A stretch of DNA of 64,000 bases from an uncultured bacterium. Lineage in GTDB: Bacteria > UBP4 > UBA4092. Positions 29,060 through 39,886 of the stretch are shown here, in pieces. Location of the stretch: the NCBI GenBank assembly GCA_964644695.1, contig CAZXWN010000001.1, positions 430,869 to 494,868 of the forward strand, given 5' to 3'. The notes under the pieces are model-generated. The model did no database searches and was not told where the DNA came from. It was given only the letters and a program-made list of their open reading frames with translations. Numbering within the stretch: the stretch's first letter is position 1; each line of letters starts with the position of its first letter. Position numbers and translations under genes: made by a program.

Positions 29060-30154
29060 TTAGTAACTATATCTCCGTTGGTGAACATTCATAGCTAAAC
29101 CAATAGCTGTCATAAATGTAAGATAAGAAGAGCCACCATAACTGAAAAAGGGGAGTGGCAAACCAGTCACTGGCATTATTCCAATAGTCATTCCCATATT
29201 AATAAACAAATGGCCAATGATTAAGGCAGCACATCCAATAATAATCAAAATACCTTGAGGATCCTTTGCGTTACGAGTCCAAATGGTAGTCATCCTATAA
29301 ATAATCACAATAAAAAATGATAGAAGAATTAGTGCGCCAATAAAGCCAAATTGTTCAGCAAAGGACGAAAAAGCAAAATCAGTATGATTAGCAGGAAGAA
29401 AGTCTAATTGACTTTGGCTGCCTCGCAACCAGCCTTTTCCAAATACTTTTCCAGAGCCAACTGCAATAATTGACTGATGGACATTATATCCTGCGCCTAG
29501 TTTATCTATCTCAGGATTTAAAAAGATGAGAATTCTCTTTTTCTGATACTCTTTTAAAAAAGGATACGCAATAATTGCGAAAACAATACCTGAAATAACA
29601 GACCACACTAAATATTTCACTTTGGAACCTGAAATATAGAGCATTGCAAATAATACTGGGATTAACGTCAATGAAGTACCCAAGTCAGGCTGTTTCATAA
29701 TCATAGCCATTGGAATTCCAATCAGAAGAAATCCACCAAGGGTTTTCTTCCAGTTATCAAGGACATCTCCAACATCGGTTAAATATCTAGCCAACGTGAG
29801 TATAAGTATTATTTTGGAAAGCTCAGATGGTTGAAATTGAAACCCACCAAAGCCCAACCATCGAACAGCACCACCACCACTCCTTCCAATAAACATTACC
29901 AAAATCAGAAGAATTATATTCAATCCATATAGCCACCAAGCGTAATTAAGCCATATATGATAATCGAATCCAGTAATAACTATCAGCCAGCATATACCTA
30001 ACAATACCCAAAGAGTTTGTTTCCAAAAGAAAGTACTGGTAGATGGATCCAGATAGGTAGTACTGAAAACCATTAATATTCCGCAAATACTAACTCCCAA
30101 GATTGAAAAGAAAACCCAGAAATCAGATTGCTCTAGATAACCATGCCATTTCAA
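29060..30154 (-). CDS. rodA: Rod shape-determining protein RodA (SEDS)
   Basis: QPSELSK, QPDLGT, GAGYNVHQS, HTDF, TGLPLPFFSYGGSS. Confidence 0.93.
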   Translation of the reverse strand: MKWHGYLEQSDFWVFFSILGVSICGILMVFSTTYLDPSTSTFFWKQTLWVLLGICWLIVITGFDYHIWLNYAWWLYGLNIILLILVMFIGRSGGGAVRWLGFGGFQFQPSELSKIILILTLARYLTDVGDVLDNWKKTLGGFLLIGIPMAMIMKQPDLGTSLTLIPVLFAMLYISGSKVKYLVWSVISGIVFAIIAYPFLKEYQKKRILIFLNPEIDKLGAGYNVHQSIIAVGSGKVFGKGWLRGSQSQLDFLPANHTDFAFSSFAEQFGFIGALILLSFFIVIIYRMTTIWTRNAKDPQGILIIIGCAALIIGHLFINMGMTIGIMPVTGLPLPFFSYGGSSYLTFMTAIGLAMNVHQRRYSY

Positions 30155-30272
30155 TTAGCTCACCTCATAGTTGATATTTAAATTTTACCGTTTAGCTATA
30201 GTAGAGTCTACATAAGAGATTATATGTAAATAAACATACTCTATGCGATAATACGGCAAAAAGGAGGACAAC

Positions 30273-30527
30273 ATGTCAATCACAGAATATGAAAGCATCT
30301 ATCAGAAAATATTCTATCTATTCTTTAATATTGTAATTGTACTTGTTGTATTGGGATTTATTTATATTGGTTTCAAAAATATTAGAGACACACTAAGAAG
30401 CAGTGGTATCTTTGGATTAATTCTCAGTTTCTTAAAAACAGCTATAATGATTGCTCTGGCAATTATTGCTTTCGGTTACTTCAAAAGTACCGGTCTAATG
30501 GACCGAATCATAGCGTTATTACCCTAA
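30273..30527 (+). CDS. Small two-TM hypothetical membrane protein
   Basis: AGGAGG RBS; two hydrophobic segments. Confidence 0.7.
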   Translation: MSITEYESIYQKIFYLFFNIVIVLVVLGFIYIGFKNIRDTLRSSGIFGLILSFLKTAIMIALAIIAFGYFKSTGLMDRIIALLP

Positions 30528-30544
30528 CAAAAAGTGAGCTTATC

Positions 30545-32962
30545 ATGAAATATTTCTTTTCACTAATATTAATATTGACCTTCATAACATCAACTTTTGC
30601 AGGAGATGCAAAAGTTAACACCAATGAAGCCAGATTCTTATGGTTAGCAAGATGGAATTATCGTTCAGAAAAAGAGGTTCGATTTGTTATACAGGAAACA
30701 AAGAAGCACGGCTTTAATGGAATATTTTTCCAGGTTAGAGGGAATGGTACTGTATATTTCAAATCCTCATATGAGCCTATGGATGAATCAATCGGAGGGG
30801 ATACTGCATCTTGGGATCCTCTAGCAGTTGCCATTGATGAGTGTAGAAAACAAGGTATTGAAATTCATGCTTATGTCAATGTATATCCAGGATGGATTGG
30901 AAATAAAAAACCAGTTAATCCCCGACAGTTGTGGTACACACATCCAGAATGGTTTGCTGTAGATAAAAATGGCGAACCCAGTAAATTGTCAGATGGATAT
31001 CACGTATTAAGCCCAGGAATCCCTGAAGTAAAACAATATTTGAATAATGTATTTATCGAATTAGTGAAAAAATATGATGTTGATGGTTTACATCTGGATT
31101 ATGTCAGATATTATGACCCCAAATATTCTTACGATTCAATAAGTCTGGCTCGGTTTAATGCGCAATACAATACAACTCCGGAAAAATCACTAGATGAATG
31201 GAATGAATTTCGCAGACAACAGGTAACAGATCTTGTTCGAATGGTTTATGTAAACGTTCATAACATTAAACCTAAAGTAATTGTTTCTGCAGCCACATGG
31301 GGAAACTGGAAAGAAGGGTACAACGATTACTTCCAAGATGCTCACGGATGGTTAGCACAGGGAATAATTGATTTTGTCTGCCCCATGACCTATACCCACG
31401 ATGCTCAATTATACGAAGCAGATATCCAAGACCAGATGGCCAACACCCATGGACGGTATATTTTCCCTGGAGTTGGAATTTTCACCATGAAAAATGGGCA
31501 AACACTGCAAGATATCATGGATGTTGTTCCCCAATACCCTAACTTGGATGGAACGATTGGATATACTCTCTTTGATTGGACTGGACTGTATAAAGAAGAC
31601 TCTACAAAACAACTAAGAAAATCGGTTGTAGCAGATAAATTAGTCAAAGATATATTCAAAAAACCGGCTAAAATGCCCACATATCCATGGAAAAAAGAGT
31701 CATTAGTTATACAACAAAGTAAACCCTACATCAGTGAAGTAACTTACTCTCCATTAGTCATTCAACCAACTGATAAATATGATGTTTTCGCAAATATCAG
31801 TATTTCAAACGATGAATTAGCAGCTATAAATGGAAAAGAAGCTGTATATTTAGTCTATTCCGATAAATACTTTATTACTGATTATAAATGGGACCACACT
31901 AGGGGAATCATGGTAAAACCCACTCATGGGAAGATTAAAGGAATAATTCCCATGATGCGCGTGCCGGGGCAAACAAATCAATGGAAAAACATGATATCCC
32001 TGACTGGCGGAAAAGCTGGAACTCAGTTATTTTTCAAAATAATTGCAGCAAATAGTCATGGTGTCATTGGGGACAGTGAATTACAAACCATAAGGTTTTA
32101 TTATTCATCTGGACAATACCGTTTTAAGGAAACTTTTGGACAAGAGTATCAGGTTGGTCAGTTTATTACTCTAGATTTGCAACAGCGAGTTTGGGTTTGT
32201 GAATATAAACAGAATCGGTTGCGTATTTTCAATAGTGATGGATCTGAAGCCCCATTCTCGCCCATTACAACAGGGATAAATGAAAAGGGTGAAAATATTC
32301 CTTTTAACAGTCCCTCTGGATTGAGTTGTGATAATAAGGGATTTGTTTATGCCACAATGGGACTTCCAACCGCAGGACTGGTTATTAAATACGATCCAGA
32401 AACCGGTAAACCAGTATCAGCAATGGCAACAAAATATGCCGCAGGAGATACTGCTTTTGATAAAAAAGGAAACTTATATATCGTCGAAAGAATCAAGCCA
32501 AAGTTCCATATATATGATTCTTTGGGAAAAGAATACGAAGGTTCTCCATATAGTATGAGTACGGCTGGTTCAGGACAAATTAACCGGGGTATTGCAGTAA
32601 CAGCAGACGGTAAATCAGTCCTCATTATTTCGGAATCCAAGGGAAAGGTGCTTCGTTATATTGGAGGAATCAAAAATGGTAAAGTGTCCTATAGAGAAAC
32701 AACTCCATTAACATCAATTGACGGGGCTTCTGGTGCAGTTGATATTGATGCGTTAGGAAATGTCTATGTGTCAGATCTTGGTAATCACTGCATTCAAGTC
32801 TTTGATCGTAATTATAAACATATTGCCGACCTGGTCGGAGGAAAGCCAGCCCTAAGTAATCCTAGAGGGGCGATAGCTACTCCTGACGGAAAAACAGTCT
32901 ATGTTGTTGAAATGGGACTGAATCAGGGGTTCGGACATATTCTCAAATGGCTTAAACAGTAA
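30545..32962 (+). CDS. Secreted GHL10 (DUF187) glycoside hydrolase-like protein with C-terminal NHL/beta-propeller
   Basis: Signal peptide; FFQVRG, WDPLA, YDVDGLHLDYVRY, QDAHGW; NHL-like GNVYVSDLGNHCIQVFD. Confidence 0.82.
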   Translation: MKYFFSLILILTFITSTFAGDAKVNTNEARFLWLARWNYRSEKEVRFVIQETKKHGFNGIFFQVRGNGTVYFKSSYEPMDESIGGDTASWDPLAVAIDECRKQGIEIHAYVNVYPGWIGNKKPVNPRQLWYTHPEWFAVDKNGEPSKLSDGYHVLSPGIPEVKQYLNNVFIELVKKYDVDGLHLDYVRYYDPKYSYDSISLARFNAQYNTTPEKSLDEWNEFRRQQVTDLVRMVYVNVHNIKPKVIVSAATWGNWKEGYNDYFQDAHGWLAQGIIDFVCPMTYTHDAQLYEADIQDQMANTHGRYIFPGVGIFTMKNGQTLQDIMDVVPQYPNLDGTIGYTLFDWTGLYKEDSTKQLRKSVVADKLVKDIFKKPAKMPTYPWKKESLVIQQSKPYISEVTYSPLVIQPTDKYDVFANISISNDELAAINGKEAVYLVYSDKYFITDYKWDHTRGIMVKPTHGKIKGIIPMMRVPGQTNQWKNMISLTGGKAGTQLFFKIIAANSHGVIGDSELQTIRFYYSSGQYRFKETFGQEYQVGQFITLDLQQRVWVCEYKQNRLRIFNSDGSEAPFSPITTGINEKGENIPFNSPSGLSCDNKGFVYATMGLPTAGLVIKYDPETGKPVSAMATKYAAGDTAFDKKGNLYIVERIKPKFHIYDSLGKEYEGSPYSMSTAGSGQINRGIAVTADGKSVLIISESKGKVLRYIGGIKNGKVSYRETTPLTSIDGASGAVDIDALGNVYVSDLGNHCIQVFDRNYKHIADLVGGKPALSNPRGAIATPDGKTVYVVEMGLNQGFGHILKWLKQ

Positions 32963-32975
32963 AACAATTCCAATC

Positions 32976-33011
32976 AAAGCCCGATTTCAGCATCGTGAAA
33001 TCGGGCTTTTT
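32976..33011 (+). terminator. Intrinsic terminator
   Basis: AAAGCCCGATTTCA-GCATCG-TGAAATCGGGCTTTTT. Confidence 0.85.
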
Positions 33012-33083
33012 CTTGCAGTAAAACATACGCTGGGCTATGATTTTAATGATTTCAAACGAATAATTAAAAGTCAGGATTATCTC

Positions 33084-35591
33084 ATGGAAGAAAGAATTCC
33101 CTTTAAAGAAATTGAGCCAAAATGGCAAAAATTCTGGGCTGAATCTGGATTATTTAAAACCACAATGGATTCTGATAAACCCAAGTTTTATCTATTGGAA
33201 ATGTATCCTTATCCCTCTGGCGATTTACATATGGGCCATGTCCGAAATTACACAATAGGCGAAGCGACGGCTCGTTATAAACGTATGAAGGGATACAACG
33301 TCTTATATCCAATGGGATTTGATTCCTTTGGAATGCCTTCCGAAGCCGCTGCCATTAAAAATAAGATGCACCCCAAAATTTGGACTTATAAGTGCATTGA
33401 AAAAATGAGAACGGCATTGACCCGCCTTGGACAATCTTACGACTGGAATAGAGAAGTAGTCACCTGCGCTCCAGAATACTACAAGTGGAATCAGTGGATT
33501 TTTCTCAAAATGCTGGAAAAGGGATTGGCATATAAAAAACTCTCTGCGGTCAACTGGTGTCCAAAATGTCAGACAGTATTGGCAAATGAACAAGTCGAAG
33601 ATGGTAAGTGTTGGCGCTGTTCCGAGACAGTAACTCAAAAGGAATTGGAACAATGGTTTCTGAAGATCACTGATTATGCAGATCAATTGATTGATGATCT
33701 TGATAAATTAGCTGGATGGTCAGAACGTGCAAAATCTCTTCAACGTAATTGGATTGGTAAATCCACAGGGATTGAAATAGATTTCCCAATATTAGAAGGG
33801 CAGGGTATAAAGACAAAGTCATTCACTGTTTTCACAACCCGACCTGACACTATCTATGGTGCCACATATTGCGTTCTATCTCCTGAACATCCACTTGTTG
33901 ATGAAATTATTAAAGTCAGTCCTGATGCAGCTAATATTAAAGCCTTTGTTGATCGAGTGAAAAATCAGGACAGAACCGTTGAAACATTGCTTGAATTACC
34001 TAAAGAAGGGCTTGATACAGGAATTAAGGCAATCAATCCAGTCAATAAAGAACCTATCTCAATTTTCCTTGCAAACTATGTGCTCATGGAATATGGCACG
34101 GGTGCCATTATGGCGGTACCGACCCATGATCAACGCGATTTCGAATTTGCACAAAAGTATGGCATTAAAATGATTCTGGTTATTGATAAACCAGATAATC
34201 CTCTCCAACTTAATGAAATGACCGCAGCCTATGAAGACTCGGGTGTCATGGTCAATTCTGGAGAGTTTAATGGACTTACCAGTGGTGAGGCATGGGATAA
34301 GATCGCCGATAAAATGGTATCTGAAGGATATGCCCGAAGAACAGTGAATTTCCGAATTCGTGACTGGGGTATTTCCAGACAACGATTCTGGGGAACACCC
34401 ATTCCAATAATCTATTGTTCTGATTGTGGAACAGTTCCTGTCCCGGAAAAGGACTTACCCGTCCTCCTTCCAGATAATGTTGATTTCAGTGATTACTCAG
34501 GTTCTCCACTGAAAAAGCTCTCAGAATTTGTTGATTGTCCTTGCCCTAAATGTGGTAAGCCAGCAAAACGAGATACGGATACTATGGATGGATTTATTGA
34601 TTCATCCTGGTACTTCTTACGGTATACAACTCACCCTGATCGCCGCGAACCAGCAGCTTTTAATGTAGAAGATGCAAAGTTCTGGTTACCTGCCAATCTT
34701 TATATTGGTGGAATTGACCATGCAACGAAACATCTTATTTATTCCAGATTCTTTGTTAAATTCCTCAGAGATATCGGGCTGGTTAATATTGATGAACCAT
34801 TCACGAATCTGATTAATCAGGGCTGGGTTTTGGGAACAGATGGACAAAAAATGTCCAAGTCCAAGGGAAATGTTGTTGATCCCAATAAATTACTTCAAGA
34901 GTATGGTGCAGATACAATGCGAATATGCATGATGTTTATTGCACCCCCGGAACCCGATATGGCATGGAGCGATGAAGGTATCGAAGGCGCACATCGATTC
35001 CTTAATCGCGTTTGGAGAATCGCATTACAGCATTGCGACGCAGTCTCCAGCAATCTTTATCCCAAGCTTGATGGCATTGAGTTGTCTGAAAATGCGCGTT
35101 CGTTACATAAAGCAACCCACAAGGCCATAAAAAAGGTCTCAGAAGATATTGAAGACAGGTTGCATTTTAATACGGCCATCGCTGCCATGATGGAACTCGT
35201 TAATGAACTATACAAATTTGATTCAAGCAAAATAGACCCATCTGAAGCAAAATTAGTTCTCAGTGAAGCATTGTCAAACTTAGTATTACTGATTAGCCCC
35301 TTGGCACCTCATTTGGCCGAGGAATTGTGGCATCGGTTTGGTTATAAAGACTCTGTTTTTGCTGAAAAATGGCCTGAATATAATCCATCGGTTCTGATTG
35401 ATAATGCGGTTGAAATAGTTTTCCAGGTAAATGGCAAAGTCCGGAGTCGGCTTGTGGTTCCAATTGATGCGACAAAGGAACAAATTCAGGAAATTGCATT
35501 ATCAGACCAGAGAATCATTCAATTACTTGATGGAAAACAACCCAAGAAGGTTATTGTTATTCCACAAAAACTTGTAAATATCGTTGTATAA
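33084..35591 (+). CDS. leuS: Leucine--tRNA ligase
   Basis: PYPSGDLHMGH, FTTRPDT, GTGAIMAVP, KMSKS, QVNGKVR. Confidence 0.97.
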   Translation: MEERIPFKEIEPKWQKFWAESGLFKTTMDSDKPKFYLLEMYPYPSGDLHMGHVRNYTIGEATARYKRMKGYNVLYPMGFDSFGMPSEAAAIKNKMHPKIWTYKCIEKMRTALTRLGQSYDWNREVVTCAPEYYKWNQWIFLKMLEKGLAYKKLSAVNWCPKCQTVLANEQVEDGKCWRCSETVTQKELEQWFLKITDYADQLIDDLDKLAGWSERAKSLQRNWIGKSTGIEIDFPILEGQGIKTKSFTVFTTRPDTIYGATYCVLSPEHPLVDEIIKVSPDAANIKAFVDRVKNQDRTVETLLELPKEGLDTGIKAINPVNKEPISIFLANYVLMEYGTGAIMAVPTHDQRDFEFAQKYGIKMILVIDKPDNPLQLNEMTAAYEDSGVMVNSGEFNGLTSGEAWDKIADKMVSEGYARRTVNFRIRDWGISRQRFWGTPIPIIYCSDCGTVPVPEKDLPVLLPDNVDFSDYSGSPLKKLSEFVDCPCPKCGKPAKRDTDTMDGFIDSSWYFLRYTTHPDRREPAAFNVEDAKFWLPANLYIGGIDHATKHLIYSRFFVKFLRDIGLVNIDEPFTNLINQGWVLGTDGQKMSKSKGNVVDPNKLLQEYGADTMRICMMFIAPPEPDMAWSDEGIEGAHRFLNRVWRIALQHCDAVSSNLYPKLDGIELSENARSLHKATHKAIKKVSEDIEDRLHFNTAIAAMMELVNELYKFDSSKIDPSEAKLVLSEALSNLVLLISPLAPHLAEELWHRFGYKDSVFAEKWPEYNPSVLIDNAVEIVFQVNGKVRSRLVVPIDATKEQIQEIALSDQRIIQLLDGKQPKKVIVIPQKLVNIVV

Positions 35592-35660
35592 AATTTAAAA
35601 GGTGAATCCACTACAGTCAGGTATATCGTGGTTCATTTTAGAAAGGTTTAGAATTAAACA

Positions 35661-36683
35661 ATGAAAATAAAGGTTGGCGTTATTGGTTGCGGTCAGATAG
35701 CACAAGTTGGACACTTGCCGGGACTGACATCTATTCCTGAGGTTGAATTAATTGCTGTCGCTGATATTGATGAAAAAAAAGCAAAAAATGCAGCCAGTAA
35801 ATTTGGAGCCCAGTATTACTTCACCGATTGGAAAGAGTTGATTGCTTTAAATGACATTAAGGCGGTTAGCGTTGCTGTACCCAATTATCTTCATGCAGAA
35901 ATGACTATTGCTGCATGTAACGCAGGGAAACACGTCTTGTGCGAAAAGCCAATGGCTACTTCTCTGGATGAAGCATGGGCCATGATTGAAGCTTCTCGTA
36001 AAAATAATGTGAAACTGGAAATTTGTATGGCTCATCGATATAATCCTGCGGCCCAAACTGCAAAAGATATTTTGGACAGTGGCCTTCTGGGAAAAGTAAA
36101 TATGGTGATGGGTTATTACGGAAGTCCAGGGCCTGAATATTGGTCACCAGATGGAAAATGGTTCTTTGACAAGAAGCAGGCATTTGGTGGAAGCATGGCA
36201 GATTTAGGAATTCATGAAATTGACTTGATTCGATTCCTGATTGGCAGTGATATCGCTAAAGCTTCAGGATTTATATCAACGCTCGAAAAGAAAAATGCGA
36301 CCGTTGAAGATAATGGCATCGGCACTTTGGTCTTTGAAAACGGCACCCTTTGCACTATGTATGCCAGCTGGACTTATAAACCCGGCAATAGTGGTTTAAC
36401 CCTTTTCTGTGAAAAAGGGACTCTCTACTTTGGACCCAATCCTTTCACAGACAAACCTGTTGCCATCCAGTTAATGGATCCTCCGGGTCTTCTTATTCCT
36501 GAAGTACTCCCCAAATCTAAATGGGGGGATCGTTACCAACATTTCATAAAATGTATTCTTGAGGATAAAGTTCCCGCATCAAATGGCTGGGAAGGATATA
36601 AAGGGTTGGAAGTCATTACGGCCATTTACGAATCCAGCGAAACAGGAAAAACAATTTCATTACCAATGGTCCCCAGGACCTGA
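35661..36683 (+). CDS. Gfo/Idh/MocA oxidoreductase
   Basis: GVIGCG, HVLCEKP, DLGIH. Confidence 0.92.
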   Translation: MKIKVGVIGCGQIAQVGHLPGLTSIPEVELIAVADIDEKKAKNAASKFGAQYYFTDWKELIALNDIKAVSVAVPNYLHAEMTIAACNAGKHVLCEKPMATSLDEAWAMIEASRKNNVKLEICMAHRYNPAAQTAKDILDSGLLGKVNMVMGYYGSPGPEYWSPDGKWFFDKKQAFGGSMADLGIHEIDLIRFLIGSDIAKASGFISTLEKKNATVEDNGIGTLVFENGTLCTMYASWTYKPGNSGLTLFCEKGTLYFGPNPFTDKPVAIQLMDPPGLLIPEVLPKSKWGDRYQHFIKCILEDKVPASNGWEGYKGLEVITAIYESSETGKTISLPMVPRT

Positions 36684-36706
36684 TTAAATTTACCTTGGAG
36701 GAAACA

Positions 36707-37477
36707 ATGTTTCTTTGTAACAGTACTTGGAGCTTTCACAAAATCATTCCCGGCGAAATGAAGTTTCTTGAATTTCCCAATAAATGTGCTGAATTGGGAA
36801 TTCCAGCTGTTGAGTTACTCGATTTCCACTTTGAAAAAAAAGGACTCGACAAAAGTTACTTGAACAAAGTAAAAAAGACCTGTAAAGATGCAGGTGTAAA
36901 ACTGGCTTGTTATTCTATTGGTAATGATTTCACCATTCTTGATCCGAAAGAAAGAAAAAAACAAATTGACTATGTGAAAGATGCCATAAAAATAGCCAAT
37001 TATCTTGAAGCTCCAGTCATTCGTTGTTTCTGTGGGTCTCAACACATTACGGATGAGGCAATGGACCGAGTTATCCAGGGTTATCAGGAAGTCATGAATG
37101 ATGCGATGAAATACAATGTCGTACTTGCCATGGAAAATCACTGGGGTCTGTCTGTAAATCCTGACAATGTAGTCAAAATCATAAAAGGCGTCTACTGTCC
37201 AACTCATTTTGGCTCTACTTTGGATTTCGGTAACTGGGCTAATCCTGACAGAGTCTTAGGCGCAATAAAAGTGGCTCCGTTCGCCAAACATGCGCATGCA
37301 AAAGCCTATGTGTTTGATAAAAAAGGTGAGGAACCAGATATTAATTTCAAGGCCATCATGGCTGAATTAAAGAAAAATAAATATCAGGGTGCTGTGTCTA
37401 TTGAATTTGAAGGTCCTGAAGATCAAATTCAAGGAACTATTAAAACCGCGAAACTTTGCAAGAAATATTTAAAATAA
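36707..37477 (+). CDS. Sugar phosphate isomerase/epimerase (AP endonuclease 2 TIM barrel)
   Basis: MENHWG, LDFGN, HAHAK, SIEFEG; GGAGG RBS before ATG 36707. Confidence 0.88.
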   Translation: MFLCNSTWSFHKIIPGEMKFLEFPNKCAELGIPAVELLDFHFEKKGLDKSYLNKVKKTCKDAGVKLACYSIGNDFTILDPKERKKQIDYVKDAIKIANYLEAPVIRCFCGSQHITDEAMDRVIQGYQEVMNDAMKYNVVLAMENHWGLSVNPDNVVKIIKGVYCPTHFGSTLDFGNWANPDRVLGAIKVAPFAKHAHAKAYVFDKKGEEPDINFKAIMAELKKNKYQGAVSIEFEGPEDQIQGTIKTAKLCKKYLK

Positions 37478-37522
37478 TCAGTCGTTTTTTATTTCTGTAA
37501 CTGATTGATTTTTAGTGAATTA

Positions 37523-37568
37523 AAAAAGGAACATCGAACAAGATCGATCTCGTTCGATGTTCCTTTTT
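37523..37568. repeat. Dispersed palindrome copy 3 forming a bidirectional terminator
   Basis: AAAAAGGAACATCGAACAAGAT-CG-ATCTCGTTCGATGTTCCTTTTT between convergent genes. Confidence 0.88.
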
Positions 37569-37582
37569 CTAGTATATTGATA

Positions 37583-38125
37583 TCAAGTAAGTTGGTTATT
37601 CTTCAGAATGGGTAATATCTGTTCCATGTATAAATTACGAATTTTTTCAAATGTATTGAAATATTCTTGTGTCGCATAATCCGGATAGGTGTAATCAAAG
37701 GGTAAGAAAGACTTTCCTTTATAGCGTAAGGTCACTTCGGCATAAATACCTTTCCCGATATAAATACGATGGGCATAATTCTTGGTAGTAGCCAATATTA
37801 CCTTTGCACCGGTCAGATACCCAGGATCAAGGTTAATCTTCCGATTTGAACCACTCCTAAGTTCTAATTCATTAGTCCATAATTTAATATCTGCCAAGTC
37901 GCCGGGATCTATCAAATTCTTAAACGAATAAAAACGTCTTAGTATGACAGGACCCATCTCTTTTACATAATAACTTGTAATATTGAATGGAATTAATGGA
38001 GAAGAATAATCAATAGGACCGAATTTTTCAATTAAATCGGATTCAAAGTCCTGACAGATTTTTTCATTAACAGCCAAGACTCCAATAAAAAGTTTCACGG
38101 GCAGGGGTGTCTTTGTTTGTCCCAT
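37583..38125 (-). CDS. DUF4416 family protein
   Basis: PVKLFIG, YYVKEMG, INLDPGY, LATTKNYAHRIY, YPDY. Confidence 0.8.
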   Translation of the reverse strand: MGQTKTPLPVKLFIGVLAVNEKICQDFESDLIEKFGPIDYSSPLIPFNITSYYVKEMGPVILRRFYSFKNLIDPGDLADIKLWTNELELRSGSNRKINLDPGYLTGAKVILATTKNYAHRIYIGKGIYAEVTLRYKGKSFLPFDYTYPDYATQEYFNTFEKIRNLYMEQILPILKNNQLT

Positions 38126-38174
38126 AATTTACCTTTATAGTTCAATAAATTCTAATATTCATTATCACTAAAGA

Positions 38175-38549
38175 TTATTTTCCATTCAATGTAACCCAAC
38201 CGGTTTTCTTATCAATCGTTTTTACGCGGAACCACTGGCCTTTGATTTCTAATATTTCTAGCCGTGATGAAGGTTGAAGTCGTGTAATCTTTCGAGAGGT
38301 AAGACTTTGCTTTTCGTAAAGGTATACAGGGTCTGGATTACCATAAGGAGAATATAAAATCAGATACTTAGGAGGAGCCGCTTTTTCAGGTTTGGTAGTT
38401 TTATTTTGAGTTGTATTTTCAGAAACCACAACAGAAACGCTTGTTCCCTTATCGGGTTGGGTTGTTTTTTGTCTTCCGGAACAGCCCAATAACAATAAAA
38501 GACACAAAATTATACTGAAACCGGCAGCAACTAATAGTCTTAGCTTCAT
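38175..38549 (-). CDS. Lipoprotein with C-terminal SH3-like domain
   Basis: Lipobox LLGC; WFRVKT..KTGWV. Confidence 0.75.
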   Translation of the reverse strand: MKLRLLVAAGFSIILCLLLLLGCSGRQKTTQPDKGTSVSVVVSENTTQNKTTKPEKAAPPKYLILYSPYGNPDPVYLYEKQSLTSRKITRLQPSSRLEILEIKGQWFRVKTIDKKTGWVTLNGK

Positions 38550-38639
38550 GTAGTTGAGTCCTTTAACTCATATAATCTGTTATAATGAAGATTATTTTAT
38601 GAGGATTTTTCCGCAAAATCCGGAGGATTTGATTTAATC

Positions 38640-39872
38640 ATGGCTACACCAGAAATTACAGCTGATATTCAACATGCCCTTAATCTTATCAAACTAAACA
38701 CCGTAGATATTATCTCAGAAGAAGATATTATCCAGAAATTGATAAATTCTAAGAAAACAGGGAAACCGTTACGGATTAAATTGGGAGCTGACCCGTCAGC
38801 CCCGGATTTACATTTAGGACATACCATAGCATTACGTAAGTTACGTCAATTCCAAGATTTGGGACATCATGTAGTGTTCATTATTGGTGATTATACGGCC
38901 ATGATAGGTGATCCCTCAGGTCGGTCGCAAACACGAAAACCCTTAACCCGGGAACAAGTACTTGTGAATGCGGAGACCTATAAAAAACAAGTCTTCCAAA
39001 TCCTGGACCCCACAAAAACAGAAGTCCGATTTAATGGGGAATGGCTCTCAAAGCTTACCTTTGAAGATACACTTAAATTAGCCAGCAAATATACCGTCGC
39101 TCGAATGCTTGAACGAGACGACTTTATGAAACGATATAAAAATGGCATTCCTATTTCAGTACATGAGTTTCTCTATCCGCTCATGCAAGGGTATGACTCC
39201 GTTGCAATACAAGCCGATATTGAAATAGGTGGCACTGACCAGACCTTTAATCTCCTGGTAGGAAGAGATCTCCAGAGAGAATATGGTCAAGAGCCACAGA
39301 CCGTCTTAACATTACCGCTTCTTGAAGGAACTGATGGCGTCCAGAAGATGTCAAAGTCTTTGGGAAACTATATTGGAATCAGTGAAGCTCCCAAGGAAAT
39401 GTTTGGAAAAGTAATGAGCATTTCGGATACACTGATGCTCAAATATTACGAGCTATTAAGTGTCGTAACCACTGAGGAATTAGCCCAGATCAAAGAAGGA
39501 ATCAATTCGGGTTCACTTCATCCTCGTGAAGCAAAAGCTCGACTCGGAAGACTGATTGTTTCGCAATACCAAGGCAACGCTGCCGGTGAAGAAGCTGAAG
39601 CAGAATTCAACCGTCAATTCCGTGATAAAAAAATACCTGATGATATTCCACAGGTAACATTGAAATGTGATACTCCTTCGCAGGGAATATTAAAAGTCAT
39701 GTCAGGTGCTGGAATCGTCAAAAGTAACAGTGAAGCCAGACGCATGATTCAACAAAATGCCGTAGAAGTTGATGGTCAGAAAGTAACGGATGACCATATG
39801 GAAATGAGTACAGGTAAAGAGTACTTATTCCATGTCGGACGACGCTATTTCAAAGTCACACTAACTCAATAA
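38640..39872 (+). CDS. tyrS: Tyrosine--tRNA ligase
   Basis: [32 protein letters not shown]-terminal S4 domain. Confidence 0.97.
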   Translation: MATPEITADIQHALNLIKLNTVDIISEEDIIQKLINSKKTGKPLRIKLGADPSAPDLHLGHTIALRKLRQFQDLGHHVVFIIGDYTAMIGDPSGRSQTRKPLTREQVLVNAETYKKQVFQILDPTKTEVRFNGEWLSKLTFEDTLKLASKYTVARMLERDDFMKRYKNGIPISVHEFLYPLMQGYDSVAIQADIEIGGTDQTFNLLVGRDLQREYGQEPQTVLTLPLLEGTDGVQKMSKSLGNYIGISEAPKEMFGKVMSISDTLMLKYYELLSVVTTEELAQIKEGINSGSLHPREAKARLGRLIVSQYQGNAAGEEAEAEFNRQFRDKKIPDDIPQVTLKCDTPSQGILKVMSGAGIVKSNSEARRMIQQNAVEVDGQKVTDDHMEMSTGKEYLFHVGRRYFKVTLTQ

Positions 39873-39886
39873 CAGGACAATAATTC

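Noticed and set aside
35598-35640. Hairpin after leuS as a terminator or ncRNA
   Set aside because: Imperfect stem with a long loop; the next gene follows closely on the same strand.
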